Source: Syntrophomonadaceae bacterium (lineage in GTDB: Bacteria > Bacillota > Syntrophomonadia > Syntrophomonadales > Syntrophomonadaceae). From it: a stretch of 64,000 bases of DNA. The stretch spans positions 2,249,510 through 2,313,509 of the forward strand of contig OY781889.1 of NCBI GenBank assembly GCA_963677185.1. Direction: 5' to 3'. The position numbers and the translations under genes are program-made. Under the pieces are notes generated by a model, which did no database searches, had not been told where the DNA came from, and saw only the letters and a list, made by a program, of their open reading frames with translations. Position 1 is the first letter of the stretch, and each line of letters opens with the position of its first letter. Positions 56,801 to 64,000 of this stretch are shown in pieces.

Positions 56801-59665
56801 TTCTTTATGCAAAGGATTCGCAATTCGTTGTCTGTCGAGCGGCAGGAACTGATCAGGCATGTTATTTTTAACCTGATGGGAAAAACCGATGATGCAACAT
56901 CGTTTAGCGGCGACGGTTTCGATGAGTCAATGCATTTGCAGAGCTTGAAAGATCATAACCACGGTACTGGAATCGGCGGCTACTACCTGTACAAGACAAT
57001 GAGCAGCTGCTTGTATGGACGTTACTTGAGCGCCCGGGAGTTCTCCCTGGCGGGAGAAGCCTATCTTCCGTTTTTGCGCAGCTTCCCGCTGGAAGCGGAT
57101 TATTGCTTTTTCCAGTCCCTGGCCATGGTTGCATGCGCCCGGGAAGAAGCAAACCAATTTGGCCAGCAAGACCAGGAAAAAATCGCCGGCAATATTAAGA
57201 AGCTGCGCATTTGGTCCGAGAACTGCACCGAGAATTACTATGGCAAGTACGCCCTGATCATGGCCGAGAATGCTGCTCTTAACCGGCAATCAATAGAAGC
57301 TGAAGAATGGTTCGAACGAAGCATCAGTTCATCCCGCGAAAACGGTCGGCTAATGGACCGGGCACTGGCCAGTGAAAGAGCTGCTATTTTTTACGAAAGG
57401 CGCGGACTGCAGGGTATTGCCACTTTTTACCTGGGAGAAGCTTGCCGGGCTTATGCTGACTGGGGGGCTGAGGCGCTGGCGAGCCGGCTTGAGCAAAGCC
57501 GTCCGGGCATTGCTGGTGAAGACCAAGTGGAAAGCGGTGGCACAGGAGCGTCCCTGGTCAACATTGATGCTTTCAGTGTGGTGAAGGCTTCACAGGCGAT
57601 TTCGGGTGAAATCGAAATAACCCGGCTTTTGGAAGCTTTGATGGGTACCGTGCTCGAAAATGCCGGCGCTCAGAAAGCGGTTCTGATATTGACAACCGGA
57701 GATGAAATGCAAGCCCGGGCTGAAGCAGTCCTGGAAAACGAAAAATTTGAAATTCATCATATGGATGATTGCCAAAGCAGACTTCTTTTTCCACAATCGC
57801 TGGCCAACCTGGTTCACAGAACAGGGGAAGCAGTTATATTAGAAGATGCGACCGAGCATAGCATGTTTTTCAGCGATCCGTATTTTATTAATTTTCATCC
57901 GGTATCAATTCTGTGCCTGCCGGTTATACGGCAGGCCAATATGGTTGGCATATTGTACCTGGAAAACAATCTGATTAAGGGAGCATTCACTGTTGAACGA
58001 ATTGCGGTGTTGGAGCTTTTAGTTTCGCAAGCGGCGATTTCCCTCGAAAATGCCTTGCTGTATGAGCAGCATGTCATTATGGAAGAAGAGCTTAAAGTAC
58101 TGAACCGGCGGCTTGTCGATATAATAGAATTTCTACCGGATGCCACTTTCGTAGTGGATATTGAGGGCCGGGTAATTGCCTGGAACCGGGCTATGGAAAA
58201 ACTGAGCTTAACCAGTTCCTCTTATATGCTGGGCAAAGGCCATTATGAGTATTCGGTCCCTATATATGGAAACAGAAGGCCAGTTTTACTCGACCTGATC
58301 GTCAAACCAGACGAAAAAGTGGAACAGCAGTATAAATACATCCGCCGTGAAGGAGATTACATTTACGGCGAAGTCTGCCTGGCGGACAGTACGCATTTGG
58401 AAGCTGCCGCTGCGGTTTTACGAGATGCCGAGGGCAAGATTGCCGGAGCTATTGAGACATTAAGGAATGTTAGCGAAGCACGAAGGGCCGAAGCAGAGCG
58501 CGATCGGCTTCGCTACTTGCTGGCTAATATCATTGATTCCATGCCTTCGATCCTGGTGGGAATTGACCGTAACAGGCAGGTTACACAGTGGAATACGGAG
58601 GCGGCCAGAGTAACAGGCGTCAGCGGTGAGGAAGCGATTGGAAAACCCATAGACGAAGTCTTTGGCATGTTTGAAGCACAAATGGAAAGCCTGGGTCGGG
58701 CATTGGCCGAACAAAGATTTCAGCGGGAAGAACTGGTCAGCTTTGATTCCGAAGGCGGCAAGCATTATGCCGAGGTGATGATTTATCCTTTAATTGCTGA
58801 CCAGGTTGAAGGAGCCGTGATCCGTATCGACGATGTTACTGACAAAGTGCGCCTGCAGGAAATGATTATTCAAACCGAGAAGATGATGACCGTGGGAGGC
58901 CTGGCAGCCGGGATGGCGCACGAACTGAACAATCCTTTAAGCGGCATTCTGCAGTCTATTCAAAATATTGAAAACCGTTTTTCACCGGAACTGAAGAAAA
59001 ATATTGAAACCGCAGAAGAATGCGGCACCAGTATGGAAGCTATTCAAGCCTATATTATTCGTCGGAATATCAGTGAGTTTTTAAAAGGCATTCGGACCAG
59101 CGGAGCCCGGGCTGCTCGCATTATTAGCAATATGCTGCAATTCAGCCGCAGAAGCGAGGCCGGCAAGACTTTGGTCCAGCTGTCAGCACTGCTGGACCGG
59201 ACGCTGGAACTGGCGGCCAATGATTATGATTTAGCCAGGGGATTTGATTTTCGGCATATCGAAATTATAAAGAAATATGCCGATGATCTGGGAGATGTTT
59301 ACTGTTCTCCAACGGAAATCGAGCAAGTGGTATTGAACCTGCTAAAGAACTCCGCCCATGCTATGACCGAACCGCAGCAGCCACAGCGAAAACCGCGGAT
59401 TGTTATAAAAGCCTACCAGGAAGATGATATGGCGGTGATCGAAGTCGAAGACAACGGTCCAGGAATGAGCGAAGAGATTAAGAAAAAAGTATTTGAACCC
59501 TTTTTTACCACAAAAAGTCCAGGCCAAGGTACTGGTCTGGGCTTATCAGTATCATATTTCATTGTGGCCAACAATCATGACGGGCAGATGTCCGTAGAAT
59601 CGACACCCGGCGATGGCACAACGGTCATTATCCGTCTGCCCATTATGCAAAAGACCGAAAAATAA
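53819..59665 (+). CDS. 1948-aa multi-sensor signalling protein: an N-lobe-less pseudo Ser/Thr-kinase C-lobe, an AAA/STAND-type NTPase, a long helical (TPR-like) region, GAF, PAS, HisKA and HATPase_c.
   Basis: Kinase subdomains VIb-XI are present but degenerate (HINPQN in place of HRDLKPxN, ERF in place of DFG, SPE for APE). There is no Gly-loop or VAIK, and the ORF starts at an ATG 7 nt after GGAGGT. Walker [13 protein letters not shown] domain at about residues 1240-1400. H-box [12 protein letters not shown]-box [10 protein letters not shown]. Confidence 0.85.
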   Translation: MTDTNSFSQAQQEHPPSCESIDASVQSYPLTDVAGSLSEPGQFLEIAIECSRSLSDYHSRHLVYQHINPQNLLWDDQRRRIILKERFSISYSADQEGEAYPVSLSENDLAYMSPEQTRRMNRRLDYRTDLYSLGVSLYELLAGKKPFMASDVLGWFHQHIAHSPPPLSVVVPGMPGMLSDIVMKLLEKNPENRYQTAQGLKLDLERCLQMWMEGKEIETFVPGEFDISERLLIPQKLYGRRMEKKTMMNAFQRICDGRCGLMLVNGYAGIGKTSLVHEICQEVVKRSAFYTEGKFDQLRRNIPYSALIMAFRGLVRQLLMGDRWALDRWKSALMNVLGANGQIIIDAIPELELIIGKQPAIAALNPDETRNRFNLVFQNFVKVFATAEHPLVVFIDDFQFADFDSFKLLETLLTDIRNEYLLFVAAFRDYETEGEHPIQLSLEAIRDAGVEITEMHLRTLHAESINRMLADALHLPSAQTDRLAALITEKTMGNPFFVNQLIRKIHEDGLLYFNPPKGRWEWDLEGIRAQSMSDNVIDLLAVKIGKLSPATRHLITLAACIGIRFDLDILNALSGYSQEETRNSLGEMIREGLVAPDQGSDILETLEGFEREDFFQFQHDRIQEAAYSILDHGASSHIHLKIGRLLLVDKAEEMRPEEIFTVVDHMNRAVELIVSNDERILLARRNLAAGQKAKESTAYSQSVNYFRCGISALPGDSWDSYHELAYVLHRELSESEYLVGHHETAQELFELVLGNCHNRIEKAEMYNIIITLYGVQGRFVENNREGMKALELFGYSFPELDDQTAIGAAIAAEIEAYRHTLGGREIRELLAIPVMASPERDVCARIIRNMFTPAFISNPALLTLLCLKSINDSIEYGIQPDQDYVFAAAALVLGTYRGDYETGYEYGQMAFKLNEQNRMIVTRAVIFHTVGMMVHHWRRPFNESLEYLREAFRSGQESGDYVYATNAAIGYARMLLSYGHHKLQYVLEETDRTIFFMQRIRNSLSVERQELIRHVIFNLMGKTDDATSFSGDGFDESMHLQSLKDHNHGTGIGGYYLYKTMSSCLYGRYLSAREFSLAGEAYLPFLRSFPLEADYCFFQSLAMVACAREEANQFGQQDQEKIAGNIKKLRIWSENCTENYYGKYALIMAENAALNRQSIEAEEWFERSISSSRENGRLMDRALASERAAIFYERRGLQGIATFYLGEACRAYADWGAEALASRLEQSRPGIAGEDQVESGGTGASLVNIDAFSVVKASQAISGEIEITRLLEALMGTVLENAGAQKAVLILTTGDEMQARAEAVLENEKFEIHHMDDCQSRLLFPQSLANLVHRTGEAVILEDATEHSMFFSDPYFINFHPVSILCLPVIRQANMVGILYLENNLIKGAFTVERIAVLELLVSQAAISLENALLYEQHVIMEEELKVLNRRLVDIIEFLPDATFVVDIEGRVIAWNRAMEKLSLTSSSYMLGKGHYEYSVPIYGNRRPVLLDLIVKPDEKVEQQYKYIRREGDYIYGEVCLADSTHLEAAAAVLRDAEGKIAGAIETLRNVSEARRAEAERDRLRYLLANIIDSMPSILVGIDRNRQVTQWNTEAARVTGVSGEEAIGKPIDEVFGMFEAQMESLGRALAEQRFQREELVSFDSEGGKHYAEVMIYPLIADQVEGAVIRIDDVTDKVRLQEMIIQTEKMMTVGGLAAGMAHELNNPLSGILQSIQNIENRFSPELKKNIETAEECGTSMEAIQAYIIRRNISEFLKGIRTSGARAARIISNMLQFSRRSEAGKTLVQLSALLDRTLELAANDYDLARGFDFRHIEIIKKYADDLGDVYCSPTEIEQVVLNLLKNSAHAMTEPQQPQRKPRIVIKAYQEDDMAVIEVEDNGPGMSEEIKKKVFEPFFTTKSPGQGTGLGLSVSYFIVANNHDGQMSVESTPGDGTTVIIRLPIMQKTEK

Positions 59666-59689
59666 ACTGTTCGCGAGAGGGTCTTTCGC

Positions 59690-60037
59690 TCAAGCCGAGC
59701 GATGTTTGCTGAGCTGTCCGGGGATTTTTCTCTGCATGCGCGGAGCGCTGGCAGCTGCCATGTTGCGATTCTTGCGGGCCTGGGCCCTTTCGAAAGCTTC
59801 GTTTATCTGCTGCTGGCGTTTTGTCTTAGAGACCCGGGATGCCCAGTAAAGAGACAGGATCATGCCAATGCTCCAAATACCTGCAAATATCAGATCGTAA
59901 TCGGATTGATTTCCGAATCCTCCGGACATGGAGCTGGATAGTTCACTGTAGGTTAATCCCAGGCTTGGTGATGCGCTCATCATGGTCAGCACCAGGCTGG
60001 AAACCAGTACAAGCAGTGCATTGAACCTATTATTCAT
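59690..60037 (-). CDS. Hypothetical small membrane protein (two predicted TM helices, basic C-terminal tail).
   Basis: ORF only. No recognisable family. Confidence 0.3.
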   Translation of the reverse strand: MNNRFNALLVLVSSLVLTMMSASPSLGLTYSELSSSMSGGFGNQSDYDLIFAGIWSIGMILSLYWASRVSKTKRQQQINEAFERAQARKNRNMAAASAPRMQRKIPGQLSKHRSA

Positions 60038-60208
60038 GTATGCTCACCTCTTCAAGTCCGCCCATCCGTGGCATATGTTTATTGCTTATCCCTGCATGTA
60101 CTATATCGAACATTTGCCTGTAATACTAAAATGCATATAAAACCGGTAAGCTTATGCTGCCCATCCTCTTGACCTTGCCGGCCTTCTGTTATATACTAAT
60201 CTTCGCGT

Positions 60209-60286
60209 CGGGGTGTAGCTCAGTTTGGTATGAGCGCTACGTTGGGGACGTAGAGGCCGCTGGTTCAAATCCAGTCACTCCGACCA
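60209..60286 (+). tRNA. tRNA-Pro (anticodon GGG) with encoded CCA.
   Basis: Hand-folded: acceptor CGGGGTG/CACTCCG. D-arm GCTCAGTTTGGTATGAGC. Anticodon loop TT-GGG-GA. T-arm GCTGGTTCAAATCCAGT. Confidence 0.8.
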
Positions 60287-60307
60287 TTTAATACTCACAT
60301 TCGATAG

Positions 60308-60345
60308 CTTTGCGGGCTAGATTCCGCAAAGTTATTTATTTTTAA
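60308..60345 (+). terminator. Rho-independent terminator after tRNA-Pro.
   Basis: Stem CTTTGCGG/CCGCAAAG followed by TTATTTATTTTT. Confidence 0.55.
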
Positions 60346-60486
60346 AAGGTTAGGCGCTTAAACCAGGAATACCTCATTCGGCCGGATACGAAGAGGCAAG
60401 TGTCACAAAAATGGGCAATTGAAGCCGTTTCAAGTTAAGCCTATAATTAAATCAAGAATTCATTATGGGAAAAGAGGCAGGAACCC

Positions 60487-61485
60487 ATGCACACACGAAA
60501 TAATAAGATACTGGCCGCAGCAATTATTATATTTAGCATAGCCCTTTTACAGGTGGCTGGAATTCAATCCGCTGCCGGCAGCATTATCAGTGTTATTCCC
60601 TACGGATATAACGATTGGTACCTTTATGGTTTCGAAAAGGGCCAGTTTGATGCGGAATACGGTCATTCGAACGATCCAGACTACTGGGACAATAATGGCA
60701 GCGACGATTACTATGATGGATACGCCAAGGGCTATGACACCGTGATTCTGGTGGATTGGTTCGGCAATGGCCTGTCCAACGGCCGGGCGGACAAGAACCA
60801 GAACTATCCCTATCAGCCAGAAGCCTGGGCCAATGACGGCAGCGAAAACTATTACGTGGGCTACAGCAACGGCTACAAGGGAACTCCGATCGACTGGTTC
60901 AGAGTCGGCTGGTGGAACGGATTCAACGATGGCAACGGGGGAATGATATACCGGCCGGATGCCTGGACCAGCAACAAGGTTCAGGAATACTATGACGGCT
61001 ATTACAATGGATACTACAATCCCACTTCGGTCGGCTCTCCGCCCGCTTCCAGCAGTAACTCCACTACTAATGGAAATGATCAAAGCTCAAAGCCTGCTGC
61101 TGTAGATGCCATATTTGAAGTAGGCAATCCGGTTTATTCCCTGAACGGGGCCGCAGGTCAAATGGACACTGCGCCTTATACCTCCAATGACCGGGTATAT
61201 GTGCCTATGCGCTATCTGGGCATGATCTGCGGCCTGGCCGATGCTGACATGCACTGGGACAGTGCGACTCAAAGCGTCCTCATGCAGCAGCCGGAAGGAG
61301 TGACTTTGATGTTCAAGATGGGAGAAAAATCATACAGTATCAATAATCAAAGCCTGGTGATGGATGTTGCACCCGAAGCAAGCGGTGAAAGGGTTTTTTT
61401 GCCCGCCAGGTATGTGGCTGAAGGCCTGGGCTACAAGGTGGAATGGTATGCCAGTAGCCAGGCAGTGCGAGTGTTCAGACCCTGA
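60487..61485 (+). CDS. Secreted protein with an N-terminal YYxGYxxGY-repeat region and a C-terminal copper-amine-oxidase-N-like (stalk) domain.
   Basis: Signal peptide. Repeats DDYYDGYAKGYD, ENYYVGYSNGYKG and QEYYDGYYNGYYNP. C-terminal RVYVPMRYLGMICG...RVFLPARYVAEGLGYKVEW. Confidence 0.55.
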   Translation: MHTRNNKILAAAIIIFSIALLQVAGIQSAAGSIISVIPYGYNDWYLYGFEKGQFDAEYGHSNDPDYWDNNGSDDYYDGYAKGYDTVILVDWFGNGLSNGRADKNQNYPYQPEAWANDGSENYYVGYSNGYKGTPIDWFRVGWWNGFNDGNGGMIYRPDAWTSNKVQEYYDGYYNGYYNPTSVGSPPASSSNSTTNGNDQSSKPAAVDAIFEVGNPVYSLNGAAGQMDTAPYTSNDRVYVPMRYLGMICGLADADMHWDSATQSVLMQQPEGVTLMFKMGEKSYSINNQSLVMDVAPEASGERVFLPARYVAEGLGYKVEWYASSQAVRVFRP

Positions 61486-61506
61486 TGAGTTGTTATCATA
61501 AATTTA

Positions 61507-62427
61507 TCAGCACAGCAGCTTAATAGCCCGGGGCTTGACGGTGAATTCAGCATCAAGAAATCCGGGCTGTTCGCCGTCCAGATTCAGCTTAACCCTGTCG
61601 ACAGTGCTAACCAGCAGGTGAGCACCTCGATGGATCTGCACTTCTGGAAGGTTCAAATGAGTACCTTTATACAGGCGGGGCACGGATGCTATAGTCTTCC
61701 TTTTAGTCATTTCACCGATGATAATTACGTCGAAAAGTCCATCAGCAAGATCGGCATCAGGAGCGATATGCATGCCTGATCCTATGTACTGCCCGTTGGC
61801 GACGATTCCCGATAATATGCCCCCGGCGTAGATCATTTTGCCGTCGAGTGTCATGCTGACTTTTTTATTTCGGTAGAGCAACAGACCAAGCAGGGTGCCT
61901 TTGAGAAAGGAATAAAAACCACCCAGGTACTTGGAAGCGTTGTTTACGCGATCGACTATCTCTCCATCGACTCCAAATCCAGCTACGTTGATGAAGTATC
62001 TTTCTTCTTTCCGCCGGTAGATATTATGAAACCGGATATGCCCCAGGTCAATGGAACGGGTTTGGCCGCGACAGATAATATTTAGAGCGCTGCGTATGTC
62101 ATCAGGGATGCCGCTGCTCCGGATAAAATCTCTGCCGGTACCGGAACTGACCACAGCCAGGCTGGCATCAGGATTAATTGCCGTCCCATTTCTAAAGAAG
62201 CCATTGACAACTTCGTTTAAAGTTCCGTCGCCTCCAATAGAAACGATAGTATGATAACCGTATTCGAGAGCTCTGCGCGTTTCAAGGGTGGCCTGGTAGG
62301 GCGCTTCGGTTATGTAGTAGTCGTAATTCAGGTTGCGGATCTTTATTTTGTTTTCAATTTCCGGCCAGTATCGGGCAGTTTTGCCATTGGCAGACGCCGG
62401 ATTGACAATGCAATAAATGCTATTCAA
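61507..62427 (-). CDS. Diacylglycerol-kinase-catalytic-domain lipid kinase (YegS/DagK family).
   Basis: SIGGDGTLNEVVNG motif. Confidence 0.8.
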   Translation of the reverse strand: MNSIYCIVNPASANGKTARYWPEIENKIKIRNLNYDYYITEAPYQATLETRRALEYGYHTIVSIGGDGTLNEVVNGFFRNGTAINPDASLAVVSSGTGRDFIRSSGIPDDIRSALNIICRGQTRSIDLGHIRFHNIYRRKEERYFINVAGFGVDGEIVDRVNNASKYLGGFYSFLKGTLLGLLLYRNKKVSMTLDGKMIYAGGILSGIVANGQYIGSGMHIAPDADLADGLFDVIIIGEMTKRKTIASVPRLYKGTHLNLPEVQIHRGAHLLVSTVDRVKLNLDGEQPGFLDAEFTVKPRAIKLLC

Positions 62428-62444
62428 TCATGGACCCCCCCGTT

Positions 62445-63128
62445 TTAGACGCTTATTCCCAATTTGCGCAGGCTTTGAGCAACCTTGAGAGGATCGGGAA
62501 CCTCGTTAATATTAATTTTCATATAAGCATAACCTGCTGCCTCCACTGCCTTTTCAGTGAAAGTCTCTGACAGCTGCTGTTTTTTGCTGATGGTTGCTTC
62601 CTGCAGGATTATGATTACTCGCGGAGTATATTCGGGCATTTCGAAAATGACCAGGTCTAGATTTTTTTCCTGGGCGCGGCGGTAGTATTCGAGCCGGTTA
62701 TTGGTGCTGCCGGGTATGGATATAATTTCCGAAAGCGGTATTTTCGGCAAGACCCGGTAGGGAGCTTCAGAGAGAATATTTTCTATTTCATGATAAAATG
62801 CCAGCTCTGACGGCGACATCAGGGTTTCAACCCGGCGATAAGGAAGCGAATCAACGTTAATCCACTGCTCGCTGATGTCAATAATGCGCCCCTTGGCACT
62901 GCTTTTGCCGTGGGGGCGTCGGTAGCTGGAGAACAAGTCGCTCGCCAGCTTAATGATAAATATCAGGATCAAGCCTCCAACAATATATTGCACGGCAGTT
63001 CCTCCAGACAATGCAACTCGTGAAATCAAGCGGGTGTGCTGATTACTATGATATAGTATTCGCAGCCAGGGAGATATATAATATTCATGTCCTATGTTAC
63101 TAGAAATGCAGCCGCTTTTAAATCGCAT
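62445..63128 (-). CDS. DUF2726-domain protein (NERD-related) with an N-terminal TM segment. Start uncertain.
   Basis: ELAFYHEI...YRVLPKIPLSEII...LDLVIFEMPEYTPRVIIILQE matches the DUF2726 pattern. 18 bp upstream of the DAGK gene on the same strand. Confidence 0.5.
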   Translation of the reverse strand: MRFKSGCISSNIGHEYYISPWLRILYHSNQHTRLISRVALSGGTAVQYIVGGLILIFIIKLASDLFSSYRRPHGKSSAKGRIIDISEQWINVDSLPYRRVETLMSPSELAFYHEIENILSEAPYRVLPKIPLSEIISIPGSTNNRLEYYRRAQEKNLDLVIFEMPEYTPRVIIILQEATISKKQQLSETFTEKAVEAAGYAYMKININEVPDPLKVAQSLRKLGISV

Positions 63129-63184
63129 ATTAACTTATGACGGGTACTGAGTTTATCGAAGCGGCGGAAACGGGGAGAAAATCA

Positions 63185-64000
63185 ATGCGTTATATAAGCA
63201 CCAGGGGCGACAATGATGGCCTGAACGCCGCCCAGGTTATTATAAAAGGGCTCGCTCCGGATGGGGGTTTGTTCGTCCCGGAATACATACCTGAGGTTCG
63301 GCTGGATGCGCTAATAGACTGCAGTTATACAGAACTGGCCGGACGGATATTTGCGCTTTTCCTGGACGGGTTTTCGCAGGCGCAAATCAACGACTGCATT
63401 GCCGGCGCATACAACGAACAAAACTTTAACCACCCGATATTGCTCCACTGGTGCAGCTCCGGGACGGGTTGCATATTCTGGAGCTCTGGCATGGGCCTAC
63501 CTGTGCGTTCAAGGACATGGCTCTGCAGATGCTGCCCCGGTTGATGGTGACCAGTGCCAGGATAGAAGAGGAACGGGATGAGATAGCCATCCTGGTGGCT
63601 ACTTCGGGTGATACGGGCAAAGCTGCCCTGGAAGGATTCAGGGATGTGCCTGGAACCAGGGTTATTGTCTTTTTCCCGGCCACCGGAGTTAGCGCAGTTC
63701 AAAGGCTTCAAATGGTTACTCAAAAAGGCCGTAATGTAAATGTGGCTGGAGTTGAGGGGAATTTTCGACGATGCCCAGAATGGAGTTAAGGCCATTTTCG
63801 CTGATATCGGGCTTGGCCAGCGTCTACTAGAAGAGAAAAATTAAGCTTTCTTCGGCCAATTCCATTAATTGGGGCCGCTTGCTGCCCCAGATAGTCTATT
63901 ATGTGTGGGGCATATTTACAGCTGGTGAATCAAGGCCGGGTCAAAGCCGGAAGTCCGATTAACATAGTGGTTCCGACCGGCAATTTCGGTAATATTTTGG
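63185..64000 (+). pseudogene. thrC: Threonine synthase (long ThrC type) interrupted by at least four frameshifts. It continues past the window end.
   Basis: MRYISTRG start after GGAGA. The ThrC reading frame must hop between frames at about 63430, 63765, 63835 and 63920. Across those hops the conserved segments ...YNEQNFNHP | DIAPLVQLRDGLHILELWHGPTCAFKD...ILVATSGDTGKAA...NVNVAGVEGNF | DDAQNGVKAIFAD... | KLSSANSINWGRLLPQIVYY | YLQLVNQGRVKAGSPINIVVPTGNFGNIL are recovered. Confidence 0.6.

Overview
A roughly 50% GC chromosomal segment from a Firmicutes (Clostridia-like, probably Peptococcaceae or Syntrophomonadaceae) genome. Genes are dense on both strands with no rRNA and no CRISPR.

The first ~30 kb looks accessory:
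- A 5'-truncated giant IPT/TIG surface protein.
- A redox/detox cluster: two nitroreductases, an MBL hydrolase, MarR, a cyclophilin, and two paralogous truncated QueG-like Fe-S proteins.
- A solute-binding-protein-coupled Cache/PAS histidine kinase preceded by a 24-bp palindrome.
- TatA, an HD-GYP phosphodiesterase, and a CBS-PAS-PAS sigma-54 activator.
- A long non-coding stretch with a 75-bp tandem repeat and a GC-rich structured segment.
- An IS1634-family element flanked by a perfect 238-bp target-site duplication.
- A YknWXYZ-type (Yip1 + MacAB-like) efflux cluster.
- A phaC-like PHA synthase together with an FATP-type acyl-CoA synthetase, with no phaE/phaR in the window.

The remaining ~34 kb is mostly core:
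- An SPFH/flotillin protein with six N-terminal tandem repeats.
- rplU-prp-rpmA, a Spo0B-like gene, obg, proBA, nadD-yqeK-rsfS, tRNA-Ala(GGC), leuS, a PDZ/radical-SAM (DUF512) gene, der, plsY, gpsA, and hom-thrB-lysC.
- A 1948-aa multi-sensor protein (N-lobe-less pseudokinase + AAA + helical + GAF + PAS + HisKA/HATPase). Its C-terminal PAS-kinase module is paralogous to that of the SBP-coupled kinase 44 kb upstream.
- tRNA-Pro(GGG), two CuAO-N-domain surface proteins, a DAGK-type lipid kinase, a DUF2726 protein, and a thrC reading frame broken by at least four frameshifts.

No response-regulator gene is present in the window.
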